A stretch of DNA of 64,000 bases from NCBI GenBank assembly GCA_050952645.1, contig JBMNLI010000015.1, positions 32,640-96,639 on the forward strand. Reading direction: 5' to 3'. How positions within the stretch are numbered: position 1 is the first letter of the stretch; each line of letters opens with the position of its first letter. A program made the translations under genes and the position numbers. Positions 43,573 to 54,385 of the stretch are shown piece by piece. The notes beneath the pieces were generated by a model. The model did no database searches. It was given only the letters and a program-made list of their open reading frames with translations, and was not told where the DNA came from. Origin of the DNA: Bdellovibrionota bacterium. Lineage in GTDB: Bacteria; Bdellovibrionota_C; UBA2361; CAKMMH01.

Positions 43573-46506
43573 TTAAGGCTCTGATTCCTTGCTTTTTGGT
43601 TTCGTGTTTTTGTTTTTTTCTAATTTTAAAATTCTGCAATTTTCAATACCAGCTAAAGCAATATATACTATATTTTTACGCTCGATAACATAAATCGGCT
43701 TTTCATCATTTTCAATGTATGGGTGTAAAGCAAGAGCGTACTTTCGTTTAATTTTATTATCTTTGCTATTTAATCGATATTTAGTAAGATTCATTTCCTC
43801 GTCGATAATAAAAAAATCATCTTTATATAAATTAGATTTACTATATTTAATATCACTTATATAGCTAATATCTAAACTAGTTTTAGCAAGCTTTTTTCTG
43901 TATATTCCAGATTCTGTAATTTCATATTTATATATTTTATCTTTTCTAGAAGATGCGATAAAATTTCCATCATTAGTTGCAATTGGTTTTGTTAAATCAT
44001 GTTCTTTAATAGAAGCTTGCTTTTCGGGTATAAATTTATCATTCTTATCTTGCCCCCATAGTTCAATAGTTGCATCTGAATATAAAATAACCATTTTTCT
44101 TTTTGATGAGTTCTTTAAGAAACAAGCATTTACTATTACTTTTCCGCGTGAAGAGATTTTTTGAAAAGTATTATGCTTTTTATCTGCAACCTTTCTATCG
44201 TATATTTGAATTTCTTTATCTGTGATAGTAGCAAAATATTTATTGTTAGAAATTATATTTATGATTAATCCTTCATGTATTTTTTCTGAAATATTTAATT
44301 TATATTGATATAAGGAAATGGGGGTATCTTTCTTATTAAGTTTTTTAGTAGTAGAATATAGCTCGTATGTACTAAGTAAGCCGTAATAAGTCCCTAGTGC
44401 AACTATGCGTGATGTAAGTGGTAAAAAAGCAGATGTGCCATAAACAAGATGATCCCCCATTAAATAACCCTCACTAAAGATATCGCGTATTATTGATATT
44501 TTCCATTCATCGCTAATATTGTAAGGCGTTGAACTTATTAGTAAATCAAAAATTCTATTTTTGTTTAATAATTTTCTTAAATTTTTTTGATTTTGTGAAT
44601 GTGTTCGATATTTTCGCTTATCAGCTTCGTTTATTTTTAGCCCTTGTTTCGTTTCTTCATTTTTACTAAAAAAACTAATAAAATCTTCTATATTTATCTC
44701 TGACCCATTGGTTTCTTTTTTATAACGTTCGTAGTAGGTTTCTAAAGAAAGTAATATTTGTTCTAAATCTTTTATATTTGATTTTTTTACATAATACGTT
44801 TTATCCCAAAAAAGATCATCAGGTTCACGAAGAAACTCTAATCTCAATTTTTTATTATCATAAGTTTTAATGTTTAGAGAAAATCCATTTTCGTGAGTTA
44901 TAGTTCTTATTAAAGCATCGTCAAGCATCGCATTTAAAGTAGGAATAAATTTACAATATTTATCGCCAACGACTTGTTTAATAGTAGAATTTTCAATTAA
45001 TATTTTATCTGACGATTGAAATTGTGAGTATACGTATTCGTCTGTAAAAAAAGTTATAAATTTTCTTAAAATATCGATATCCTTTTTTTTAATTTTAGTT
45101 GTTAAAAAGCCTTTAGTATGAGCAAGCTCTATTTTTATTTTTTCTCCTGAAAGTGTAGTAATTGATTTCGTATTTCCATCTTCAAATGGGATAGTTTTAA
45201 GCCAATGTAAAAAATTAGTAGCTATTGTTTGTGAAAGTCCGAAATGCTCTCTTAAAAAATCTAAAGAAACTGTAAGGAAATAATCCTTATTTTTTCTAAA
45301 AAACTCGATAAATTCCTTTAAGATTTCTATATCATCTTTATTGATATGTGTTACGAAATGTCCCCATCTATTCGTATAAAAAACTTTTAATTTTGCTTCT
45401 TGTCCTGAAAATGTAGTTATAGATTTTACATTTCCATCTTTTACTTGAATTTCTTTTAAAAAATGTAAAAATCGACTTGCTATTTTTCGTGAAAGTCCAA
45501 ATTGTTCTTTTAGAAATTTTAAGGAAACAGTGCAGGAATATTCATTTTTAGATATGTATCCACATTCTCGTTTAAAAAACTCAATAAATTTCTTTAAAGT
45601 GTTTAAATCGTTCTTACTAATCCTAGCTGTAAAATTTTGGTTTTTCTTTATGTATTTAACCCTTAATGATATTTTTTCTCCTGAAAGTGTAGTTATTGAT
45701 TTTATATCTCCATCTTCAAATGGGATTTTTTTTAACCAGTGTAAAAAAGCACTAGCAGTTCTTTCTGAGAAGTTGAAGTTTTTAATTAAATTAACTTTAG
45801 TAATTCTCAATAAATTTTTTTTTGATTTTTTTCTTTTTTCTAAAAAATAATTAACAAAGCTAGTTAAGGTGTTTATATCTTCTTCTTTAATTCTTATTGC
45901 AAAATGTTTAGCTATTTTTACAAACTTGACTTTTAATGTTAATGTTTGTTTTAAAGGTGTAGTTATCGTTATTTCATTCTTATCATTTGCAGATGTTTTT
46001 AGCCATTGTGTGAAACAATAAGCCACTTTTTTTGATAGCTTAAAATTCTCTCTTAAAAAATTAGAAGAAACTGTAAGGGAATATTTATCATGTTTTTTTG
46101 GTCTAGGAGTTTTAGGATGAAGCTTAATATATTTTTTTAATATCGGTAGCGCTTCTCTAGGAATTACTGGGACTACAGCCGAAAAATTTTTCTTTATATC
46201 AAATGGCAGACAAAGTTTACCTTTGTGTCCGTCTTCAAACTCTAAGCAATAATAGCCATTAGTTTTTTTGCTATTTGCAAAGTTTTCAAATAAGCGTTCT
46301 GTTAATTTATTTAAAATTTCTAATTGATTACGTTTAATAAGTTTTAATTTATCATAAAGTGAATTTCTTGAAATAGCTACTTCCCTGTCTTTATCAATCT
46401 TTTCAAAATTATATTCCGAGATTGGAAAATCGTTAGCACGAAAAGAAGTCTTATCTTTTTGTCCGTTTTTTTCATAAGTATGGTGCCCATTTGCTAAGTT
46501 TGTCAT
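43573..46506 (-). CDS. Hypothetical protein (977 aa) with ~85-90-aa tandem repeats and C-terminal beta-propeller-like region
   Basis: Repeats of TVS..FL.E.F.LS...A..FL.WLK......KSITT.SG....L......I...D...L..FI.FF at about aa 141-490. Confidence 0.78.
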   Translation of the reverse strand: MTNLANGHHTYEKNGQKDKTSFRANDFPISEYNFEKIDKDREVAISRNSLYDKLKLIKRNQLEILNKLTERLFENFANSKKTNGYYCLEFEDGHKGKLCLPFDIKKNFSAVVPVIPREALPILKKYIKLHPKTPRPKKHDKYSLTVSSNFLRENFKLSKKVAYCFTQWLKTSANDKNEITITTPLKQTLTLKVKFVKIAKHFAIRIKEEDINTLTSFVNYFLEKRKKSKKNLLRITKVNLIKNFNFSERTASAFLHWLKKIPFEDGDIKSITTLSGEKISLRVKYIKKNQNFTARISKNDLNTLKKFIEFFKRECGYISKNEYSCTVSLKFLKEQFGLSRKIASRFLHFLKEIQVKDGNVKSITTFSGQEAKLKVFYTNRWGHFVTHINKDDIEILKEFIEFFRKNKDYFLTVSLDFLREHFGLSQTIATNFLHWLKTIPFEDGNTKSITTLSGEKIKIELAHTKGFLTTKIKKKDIDILRKFITFFTDEYVYSQFQSSDKILIENSTIKQVVGDKYCKFIPTLNAMLDDALIRTITHENGFSLNIKTYDNKKLRLEFLREPDDLFWDKTYYVKKSNIKDLEQILLSLETYYERYKKETNGSEINIEDFISFFSKNEETKQGLKINEADKRKYRTHSQNQKNLRKLLNKNRIFDLLISSTPYNISDEWKISIIRDIFSEGYLMGDHLVYGTSAFLPLTSRIVALGTYYGLLSTYELYSTTKKLNKKDTPISLYQYKLNISEKIHEGLIINIISNNKYFATITDKEIQIYDRKVADKKHNTFQKISSRGKVIVNACFLKNSSKRKMVILYSDATIELWGQDKNDKFIPEKQASIKEHDLTKPIATNDGNFIASSRKDKIYKYEITESGIYRKKLAKTSLDISYISDIKYSKSNLYKDDFFIIDEEMNLTKYRLNSKDNKIKRKYALALHPYIENDEKPIYVIERKNIVYIALAGIENCRILKLEKNKNTKPKSKESEP

Positions 46507-46963
46507 TGTTATTTTGATTGTTTAATTATTTTAGTTATATAAGTATTATATTGAATTGATTATACTAAAAGTTAAATTTTAGGTGATTAAAAAAGATTTA
46601 AGTGAAACCTTTAAAAGCTAAGTAATTATTATATAGAGTTATTTTAACTAGCTAATCTTAAGCTAATAAGGAGAAATTTTACAATATCTGCCATAGTTAA
46701 TCAAAAAAAAATTGCATTGTCCATTTTTTTACTACGGTTTATCATAATTATTATCTAATATAAATTTTTTATTGCTTATACTTTGCAAAAAGTATTAAGG
46801 TTAGCGTATAATGTTTTTAATTTATAGGAAACTTAGGGTTTAAAGACTTTTGCTAGTTTATAAAACGGTTGCTGAAAGCTAAAATTAAAAGCTAAAAAAT
46901 GAAGCTAAAAAATAAAGCTAAAAAATAAAGTAAATTTTTAAACTAAATTATTTTGTTATATTT

Positions 46964-49048
46964 ATGAATCTTTTTTATATTCTCTATATTTTATTATCAT
47001 TTCCACTTCTAAGCTTTATCTTAATCTTAGCATCTAGCAAAAACAAAAAGATAAACGGAGATTTCATAGGGATTACATCAACGCTTTCTAGCTTTTTACT
47101 TTCTTTTATGCTACTTACTTTTTCCATAATATCACCACACTTTAAATTTAAAATTTCAAATACATTTCTTCCATCGCTAACTAAAAATATCGCTAATTTT
47201 TCACTCTCTTTCGATAGACTAACTGGGCTTATGCTAGTAATCGTATCGCTAGTAAGTCTCTTAGTTCACATATTTTCTATTTCATATATGAAAGGAGATA
47301 AGCACTACAAAAGATATTACGCCATGCTTTCCTTATTTACTTTCTCGATGTTAGGCTTAGTTCTTTCTGCTAATTTACTTACTTTATACATCTTTTGGGA
47401 ATTAGTAGGCTTTTGCTCCTACGCACTAATCGGGCATTATTTCGAGAAAAAAGAGGCTACAAACGCTGCTATTAAAGCCTTTATAACGACTAGAGTAGGC
47501 GATTTCGGAATGCTTATAGGTATCTTTATTTGCTACTTTGCCGTAGGCTCGTTAGAATTTTCAGATATATATAGTGCAATTTTTAGTGGGAATTTTAATG
47601 GCTCCCTTAGAACTATCGTTGGGATAAGCTTGTTTATAGGAGCTATGGGGAAAAGCGCCCAGTTTCCACTCCACGTGTGGCTCCCTGATGCTATGCAAGG
47701 ACCAACTCCTGTAAGCGCTCTAATCCACGCAGCTACCATGGTTGCAGCTGGCGTGTATCTGCTAGTAAGATTATTTTTTATTTTCGACGAAAACACTCTT
47801 TTATTTATCGCCTATATAGGAGCTTTTACCGCAATATTTGCAGCTAGCATTGCTCTTATGCAAGATGATATTAAAAAAGTCTTAGCATACTCTACTATAA
47901 GTCAGCTAGGCCTAATGGTGTTAGCGGCAGGAGTTGCTAGCTACACCTCTAGTATGTTTCACCTTTTAACGCATGCTTTTTTTAAATCGGGGCTTTTCTT
48001 AGGAGCAGGCGCTATAATTTATGCTTTTCATCATGAGCAATCTATGAAAGAGTTTGGTGGACTTTATAAAAAATTTCCTTTTTTAACTATCTGCTATCTA
48101 TGCTTTACACTATCGCTTTGTGGCTTTCCATTTTTCGCAGGGTTTTATTCAAAAGATTTAATAATGGGAGATATATTATATTATTATAAACTAAAGGGAC
48201 ATTTCTTTTTCTTGCTTTCAGGAGTGCTTACCACTTTTTTAACTTCTCTTTATATGTTTAGGCAATTTTTTATAATCTTTTTAGGAACGCCTAAAAATAT
48301 CAAGCTTTTTGAAAGTGCTAAAAAAATACCTTTTTCTATGGTATTTCCGTTAACTATTTTAGCTTTACTCTCCATTTTTGCAGGAGGATTTAACTTTAGC
48401 TGGTTTAATATTTTTTTTAATCATAGCGACGCTATTTTTGAAAGTAGTAGTAAAATTTTACTAGGTTTAGAAAAAACGCTTTTACAAAGTTCTCATAATA
48501 AGGCTATTTTAATATCGACTATCGCATCGCTATTAGGATTTGTTATCGCATTTTTGTTTTTCTTTGAAAGAAAAGCTAACAAAACTTTTTGTAGTGCTAA
48601 GAAAGTTAAATTGCTAATGCCTAACTTAGCAAGAGTTATTGAAAATAAATATTACATAGATGAGTTTTATAAGGCGACTATTTTAAAGTTAGTTTATATT
48701 TTATCAAAAGCGTGTGATAAGTTTGATAAATACGTCATTGATAAATATATAGTTCAAAGGAGCGTTAATTTGTTAGCAATGTTATCGAAAGTGTGTAATA
48801 TATTTGATAGATATGTAATCGATAGGGTCGTTAACTCTATTGCTATAAGTTTAAAAAAATTATCAAATATTACCGAGTTATTCGATAAAAATTTTGTAGA
48901 TAATTTTTGTGTATTAGGAATTTCTAGAAGCGTTAAAAAACATGGTGAATATTTTTCTCTTATTCAAACTGGGAATGTTAGAGATTACATATTTTATAGT
49001 TTTTTAGCGGTAATATTTGGTATAGGAATAATTATAGGATTTTTATAA
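46964..49048 (+). CDS. nuoL: NADH-quinone oxidoreductase subunit L
   Basis: FWELVG.CSY.LIG, KAFITTRVGD, GKSAQFPLHVWLPDAMQGPTPVSALIHAATMV, HAFFK. Confidence 0.96.
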   Translation: MNLFYILYILLSFPLLSFILILASSKNKKINGDFIGITSTLSSFLLSFMLLTFSIISPHFKFKISNTFLPSLTKNIANFSLSFDRLTGLMLVIVSLVSLLVHIFSISYMKGDKHYKRYYAMLSLFTFSMLGLVLSANLLTLYIFWELVGFCSYALIGHYFEKKEATNAAIKAFITTRVGDFGMLIGIFICYFAVGSLEFSDIYSAIFSGNFNGSLRTIVGISLFIGAMGKSAQFPLHVWLPDAMQGPTPVSALIHAATMVAAGVYLLVRLFFIFDENTLLFIAYIGAFTAIFAASIALMQDDIKKVLAYSTISQLGLMVLAAGVASYTSSMFHLLTHAFFKSGLFLGAGAIIYAFHHEQSMKEFGGLYKKFPFLTICYLCFTLSLCGFPFFAGFYSKDLIMGDILYYYKLKGHFFFLLSGVLTTFLTSLYMFRQFFIIFLGTPKNIKLFESAKKIPFSMVFPLTILALLSIFAGGFNFSWFNIFFNHSDAIFESSSKILLGLEKTLLQSSHNKAILISTIASLLGFVIAFLFFFERKANKTFCSAKKVKLLMPNLARVIENKYYIDEFYKATILKLVYILSKACDKFDKYVIDKYIVQRSVNLLAMLSKVCNIFDRYVIDRVVNSIAISLKKLSNITELFDKNFVDNFCVLGISRSVKKHGEYFSLIQTGNVRDYIFYSFLAVIFGIGIIIGFL

Positions 49049-49049
49049 T

Positions 49050-50588
49050 ATGAATCTTGATTTTAATTTTGAAAAATCACTCATTAGTTTAATATGCTTT
49101 TTGCCTCTCTTAGGTGCTAGCATTATATTATTTATAAATGGTAAAAGAGAAAAAACTATAAGAGGAATTGCACTTTTATTTTCGCTTATTTCATTAGCGC
49201 TTTCCTTGTATTTATTAAAAATTTATACGCCCATATTAGATGGAACGTATAAAGGGTATGATGAAAAAACTTTTTTAGAATTAAAATGGATAGAGCCATT
49301 TAATATATATTATAGAGTTTGCGTAGATAAATTAAGCATTCTTTTATTATGTTTAACATCTCTTTTATCTTCCCTAGCTTTAATAGTCTCGACGTCGATT
49401 AAGAAAAATATTAAAGGTTTTAATGTGCTTTTTTTATTTCTTCTTACGGGAATGAACGGAGTGTTTGTAGCTGGGGATTTATTTTTGTTTTACGTTTTTT
49501 GGGAATTGATGCAGCTTCCTATGTATTTTCTAATAGGTATATGGGGAGGAGAAAAAAGAATATATGCAGCTATCAAGTTTTTCCTTTATACGTTTTTAGG
49601 ATCGGTGTTAATTTTATTGGCAATATTAGCTTATTACTATAAGATGAAAGCTTTAGGTTTTGCTAATGATGCATTAAATATACAAAAGATTATAGAGGTA
49701 AGGCCATTTTTCCAAAATGGAAGCATTACGAGCATTCAATACTTATTATTTTTTGCATTTTTTATAGGTTTTGCGATAAAGCTTCCAGTGTTTCCTTTTC
49801 ATACGTGGCTTCCAGATGCACACGTAGAGGCTCCGACGGCTATAAGCGTAATTTTAGCTGGTGTGCTACTAAAAATGGGAGCTTACGGTCTTTTAAGAAT
49901 AAATTTTCCATTTTTTCCTGAAATTATGGCTCTTAAAAATATACAAATGCTTATAGCTATTTTAGGAATTACGAATATTATTTATGGAGCTTTCTGTGCA
50001 TTAGCCCAGAGCGATTTAAAAAAACTCGTCGCCTATAGTTCTATAAGTCATATGGGTTATATAGTCCTTGGGCTTGCGTGCATGAATGAGATAGCTCTTA
50101 ATGGTGCAGTTTTTCAAGTTTTTGCTCACGCCATCACTTCTTCTATGATGTTTATTTTAGTAGATGTGATTTATAGAAGAGCAAACCATAGAGAGATAGC
50201 AAACTTTGGAGGTATCGCTCACGTTATGCCAAAATATTTTGCTTTTGCCGTGATAGGATTTTTTGCATCTTTAGGGCTTCCAAGTTTAGTAGGATTTATA
50301 GGAGAGTTTTTAACTCTTTTAGGTGCGTTAGAATATAATAAAATTTTTGCTGTATTAGCAGGCTTTGGAATGCTTTTAACGGCAGGTTATATTTTAGTGG
50401 CTATGCAAAAAATATTCTTAGGCGAAAAGAAAGCAGAGTATAGTAATTTTAGTGATATAACATCTTTAGAGTCAGTGCCTCTAACCGTGCTTGCTATGCT
50501 TTCTATAATTTTTGGAATATTTCCAAGTATACTTATAAATGAGTATATGCCATTTATAGAAGTGTTTAAAAGCATAATGAATATATAA
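49050..50588 (+). CDS. nuoM: NADH-quinone oxidoreductase subunit M
   Basis: FYVFWE, AIKFFLYT, IKLPVFPFHTWLPDAHVEAPT, LLKMGAYG, AYSSISHMG. Confidence 0.96.
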   Translation: MNLDFNFEKSLISLICFLPLLGASIILFINGKREKTIRGIALLFSLISLALSLYLLKIYTPILDGTYKGYDEKTFLELKWIEPFNIYYRVCVDKLSILLLCLTSLLSSLALIVSTSIKKNIKGFNVLFLFLLTGMNGVFVAGDLFLFYVFWELMQLPMYFLIGIWGGEKRIYAAIKFFLYTFLGSVLILLAILAYYYKMKALGFANDALNIQKIIEVRPFFQNGSITSIQYLLFFAFFIGFAIKLPVFPFHTWLPDAHVEAPTAISVILAGVLLKMGAYGLLRINFPFFPEIMALKNIQMLIAILGITNIIYGAFCALAQSDLKKLVAYSSISHMGYIVLGLACMNEIALNGAVFQVFAHAITSSMMFILVDVIYRRANHREIANFGGIAHVMPKYFAFAVIGFFASLGLPSLVGFIGEFLTLLGALEYNKIFAVLAGFGMLLTAGYILVAMQKIFLGEKKAEYSNFSDITSLESVPLTVLAMLSIIFGIFPSILINEYMPFIEVFKSIMNI

Positions 50589-50632
50589 ATAAATATATAA
50601 AAAAAAATATAAAAAAAGAAGAAAGATAAGCT

Positions 50633-52231
50633 ATGAATTTAATAAGTGGAATTTACCCGGAAATTATTTTAACTCTTGGAATAGTTTTAATATTATTATG
50701 CGATATTTTTCTATCTTCTAGGGCTTCAAAAAAAATTACTTCTAATATAGCGTTAGGCACTTTGTTAGTTTCTAGTTTTAGTATTGCTTTTAATATAAAC
50801 TTTTTTTTAAGAGAATTATTTTTTATAAACTCGAATATTATCGTCGATAGCTTAGCTATAGTTTTTAAATTTATATTTTTGTTAGGAGGCACTCTAGCGA
50901 TAATAATTTCTAAGAACTCTAATTTTTTACTAGATAAAAAAGCAGGGGAGTTTTACGCCTTATTATTAGGAGCAATATTAGGTGCGATGCTAATCGTGTC
51001 TTCTAATAATATATTGTTATTTTATTTATCTTTTGAGATGCTTTCAATTTCTAGTTATGTGTTAGTAGGCTTTGGAAAGAAAAAATCAAAAGAGGGCGCT
51101 TTAAAGTATGCGTTATATGGCTGTGTATCATCGGCGTTAATGATTTTAGGATTTAGTTATATTTACGGTCTTACGGGCACTATAGATATTAGTAGAAATG
51201 TTTTTGCAATTTCGGATATGCTTACTTTAAATTATAACGTTTTTCCTATTACCGCTTCGCTTTTGTTAGTTTTAGTTGGTATTGGTTATAAGATATCATC
51301 ATTCCCATTTCATTTCTGGACGCCAGATGCTTACGAGGGAGCGCCCACATCTATTGCGGCGTTTTTGGCTGTCGTTTCTGCTAGTGCAGGATTTTCATTT
51401 TTATTAAGAGTGTTATTAATTCCTACTTGTCTTTGGTATGAATATTTTTGGATTGGTGAAAATTTAAATTTGTATCAAATAATTCTAGGAACTCTTGCAG
51501 TGTTTTCTATGTGTTATGGTAATTTTGTAGCGATAAGACAAAATAATTTAAAAAGACTTATGGGGTATTCTTCGATAGCACACACAGGTTATATGCTCTT
51601 AGCCTTATCAACTGGGGATAAAACTGCTATAAAAGCCGTAATGTTTTATTTGATAGTATATTTTTTTATGAATTTTGTAATTTTTATGTTTATAAATTTT
51701 GTAGAAAAGTTTTTAGATACCAACAAAGATATCAATAAAGATAAAAATGCTAGTGATAGTAATACTTGTGATAGTAATGGCAGTGATAGTAATGCTAGTG
51801 ATATTAAAGATAAAGAGATAACATTTGAAAGTATAAAAGGACTAGGGGGGACATTCCCTATAATAGGCGGAGCCGTGTTTATAGCACTCGTTTCACTTTC
51901 TGGGCTTCCTCCAACGGGTGGTTTTAGTGGAAAGTTTTTGCTTTTTAACTCGGTAATTAAAAGGGCTCTTACATTTAAAGAGATGGGAGTGCCAAGCTTT
52001 TTTTATTTTCTGCTCGCTTTTATTGGAGTTGCAAATAGCGTGGTGTCTTTATACTATTATTTAAAAATTCCTAAAGCCATGTTTTTAGAACGAGGAGAGT
52101 TTGAAGAACTAGGTGATAAAGTAAGGGACGCATTCTTAATAGATAAAGTTTGTATATTATTATGTGCGATACCTATTTTATTGTTATTAAATTTTTCTAT
52201 AATTGATTTTTTAGCCTTCGTAGGTGAGTGA
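50633..52231 (+). CDS. nuoN: NADH-quinone oxidoreductase subunit N
   Basis: FEMLSISSY, EGALKY, YKISSFPFHFWTPDAYEGAP, KRLMGYSSIAHTG, GLPPTGGF.GK. Confidence 0.95.
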   Translation: MNLISGIYPEIILTLGIVLILLCDIFLSSRASKKITSNIALGTLLVSSFSIAFNINFFLRELFFINSNIIVDSLAIVFKFIFLLGGTLAIIISKNSNFLLDKKAGEFYALLLGAILGAMLIVSSNNILLFYLSFEMLSISSYVLVGFGKKKSKEGALKYALYGCVSSALMILGFSYIYGLTGTIDISRNVFAISDMLTLNYNVFPITASLLLVLVGIGYKISSFPFHFWTPDAYEGAPTSIAAFLAVVSASAGFSFLLRVLLIPTCLWYEYFWIGENLNLYQIILGTLAVFSMCYGNFVAIRQNNLKRLMGYSSIAHTGYMLLALSTGDKTAIKAVMFYLIVYFFMNFVIFMFINFVEKFLDTNKDINKDKNASDSNTCDSNGSDSNASDIKDKEITFESIKGLGGTFPIIGGAVFIALVSLSGLPPTGGFSGKFLLFNSVIKRALTFKEMGVPSFFYFLLAFIGVANSVVSLYYYLKIPKAMFLERGEFEELGDKVRDAFLIDKVCILLCAIPILLLLNFSIIDFLAFVGE

Positions 52232-52335
52232 TACTAATTTTAAGGTTTTAAACCACCTTTAAACGTGAAGAACAAAATAATTTTGTCAATTTATTAGAAG
52301 ATAGACTTTAACCCACTCAAAACGTGAAGAGTTAA
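52214..52335 (+). repeat. Dispersed repeat copy overlapping the nuoN stop, plus a partial second core
   Basis: gccttcgtaggtgagtgatactaattttaaggttttaaaccacctttaaacgtgaagaac matches 60436-60497; aacccactcaaaacgtgaagag repeats the core. Confidence 0.75.
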
Positions 52336-52347
52336 ATTTTTCTATAA

Positions 52348-52794
52348 TTGATTTTTTTAATAATGGATAATGTAAAGCAAACGAGTATGACAGATAGTAT
52401 CAAAAATAACACTAATAAGTTAAGTTTAGATGATATAAAGCTATTAAATGTATTATATAATTTTTCCGTTAATTCCATAGTAAAGTATGTAGTAAATGCT
52501 GGAATTTATTATGAGAGCGAAGCAGAGAAAAGAGCTGCGAAAAGATTCTTTAGACCACTTTTAAAATCGTTTGAAAATATTTCTTCCGCCGTAGAAGATA
52601 TATGTATTAAAAATAGAGTAAGTTTAACTCTAGGCACGTTCGATGTTAAATATTTAGATTTAAGTTATTTATCATACAAATTTATAAAAGATTATGTAGA
52701 AAAAGAATTAGATTATCAAAGAGAAACTTTGCACAACTTAGCAGAAACCTTAAATGTATCTAAAGCAGTTGAGAATTTAGCAAAATCGTTTTAA
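52348..52794 (+). CDS. Hypothetical helical protein
   Basis: Open 148-aa frame co-oriented after nuoN; start uncertain; no confident motif. Confidence 0.55.
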   Translation: MIFLIMDNVKQTSMTDSIKNNTNKLSLDDIKLLNVLYNFSVNSIVKYVVNAGIYYESEAEKRAAKRFFRPLLKSFENISSAVEDICIKNRVSLTLGTFDVKYLDLSYLSYKFIKDYVEKELDYQRETLHNLAETLNVSKAVENLAKSF

Positions 52795-52901
52795 GAAAGA
52801 TAAAAAAAAATTATTACCTCACCTTAAAAATATCAAACTAAAAAAAATATCAAACTAAAAAAATATAGCCCCTTAACTTTTTCTATCTTACCTCAATTTT
52901 T

Positions 52902-52917
52902 TGGCTTACCTTTTGCA
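52902..52917 (+). promoter_or_regulatory. Sigma54 (-24/-12) promoter of the flagellar motor/export operon
   Basis: TGGCTTACCTTTTGCA = GG-N10-GC with TTGCA, upstream of motA. Confidence 0.65.
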
Positions 52918-53002
52918 TATAATTACTTGTTAAGTGTATTTAAAGTATTATTCACAGCATGGTAAACAGTATTATAAAAAAAGTTATGCAAAGGAAAAAG
53001 CT

Positions 53003-53851
53003 ATGAATTTTAATAGGTTACGTAGGAAAAAATCGTTATTTAATAATACAAACGACTTTCAATATAACAATTTTAATAGTCAAAGATACGATCAAAGGTA
53101 TGGTCAAATAAATGGCAGCATGGTGCTAGGGTTTTTACTTTCTGCCATTATTTTGTTTCTCGGCGTTGTTATAGGTGGAAATTTTACAAATTTTATTAGT
53201 ATAAGCGGTTTAATAATAGTTTTAGGCGGAATAGCGGCAGCGATGCTCGTTAATTTTTCATTTGATGATATAAAAAAAACTGTACGCTCTATAAAATCGG
53301 TTTTATATTACACAGATGTCGATGCAAGAATTAGAATGGAAGAGCTTATAAATTTAAGCTACGTATCTAGAAAAAAAGGGCTTTTAGTGCTTGAAGATGT
53401 AGCGCAAGAAACTAAAGATATGTTTTTCAAGAAAGCTCTGCAATTAGTAGTAGATGGTCAAAAGGAAAGTGATATTAAAAAAATTTTAGAAACGGAAATG
53501 AATATAACTAGCGAGGAAAATCAAAAGGGCATCACGGTTTTTGAAACTATGGGGACTTACGCCCCAGCTATGGGACTTATCGGAACGCTCCTTGGGTTAG
53601 TAAATATGCTTGGAAGTTTAGATGATCCTAGCAAAGTAGGTCCTGCGATGTCTGTTGCACTTTTAACTACGTTTTATGGAGCGGTGCTAGCTAATATGGT
53701 TTTTATTCCATTTGCTGGAAAGATTAGAAATATAGATGCTAATGAGGTTTTAATAAAAAAGATTACTATCGAGGGGGTTTTAAGTTTAGCAAAACAAGAA
53801 AGCCCGCTTATTATTGAGCAACGCTTACAAAGTTTTATGGGGGCGGCTTAA
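53003..53851 (+). CDS. motA: Flagellar stator protein MotA/PomA
   Basis: IIVLGG, RKKGLLVLE, LQLVVDG, APAMGLIGTLLGLV, VALLTTFYG; ATG 53003 after AAGGA. Confidence 0.93.
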   Translation: MNFNRLRRKKSLFNNTNDFQYNNFNSQRYDQRYGQINGSMVLGFLLSAIILFLGVVIGGNFTNFISISGLIIVLGGIAAAMLVNFSFDDIKKTVRSIKSVLYYTDVDARIRMEELINLSYVSRKKGLLVLEDVAQETKDMFFKKALQLVVDGQKESDIKKILETEMNITSEENQKGITVFETMGTYAPAMGLIGTLLGLVNMLGSLDDPSKVGPAMSVALLTTFYGAVLANMVFIPFAGKIRNIDANEVLIKKITIEGVLSLAKQESPLIIEQRLQSFMGAA

Positions 53852-53950
53852 AAAATAAATATAAATAAATATATAAGTAAATAAATATAAAAATAAAAAA
53901 ATAAAATAAAATAAAAAAAATAAAAGTAAAAAAATAAAAGTAAAAAAATA

Positions 53951-54385
53951 ATGATAAACAATAGAACATTTAACCAAAATACATTTTTCGTTCAATATAC
54001 GGCTCTAATACTTATTATTATAACCGTTATCGTGGGAACGTTTCTAAATCCTAAGTTTTTAGGTCGACATGAAAGAAAAGAAATTACTTACGATGCTACT
54101 ATTAAAGAAAATGTAATTTTAAATGTGAAAGAAAAAAAAGAAAAGTTTATGGAAAATATCCCTTTATATAGTGCAATTTTAAGAGAGCATAATGTAAGGG
54201 GAGAGATTGAGCTATATTTTAATAAGGTAAGTAGTGATGAAGATTTAAATAATTTAGAAGAAGAAATAAACTTAAAATTTAAAAAAGAAAATATAAATTT
54301 AAAAGCGCTAAGTATTTTCTTTAAAGAGGGGAACCCTAGCTTTATTTCTTTTAAGATAAAAAGGACTAATCTTTATGACTTATAA
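53951..54385 (+). CDS. Single-TM hypothetical protein in a motB position
   Basis: One N-terminal TM (FFVQYTALILIIITVIVGTF) without the MotB Asp; lies between motA and the motB-like gene. Confidence 0.55.
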   Translation: MINNRTFNQNTFFVQYTALILIIITVIVGTFLNPKFLGRHERKEITYDATIKENVILNVKEKKEKFMENIPLYSAILREHNVRGEIELYFNKVSSDEDLNNLEEEINLKFKKENINLKALSIFFKEGNPSFISFKIKRTNLYDL

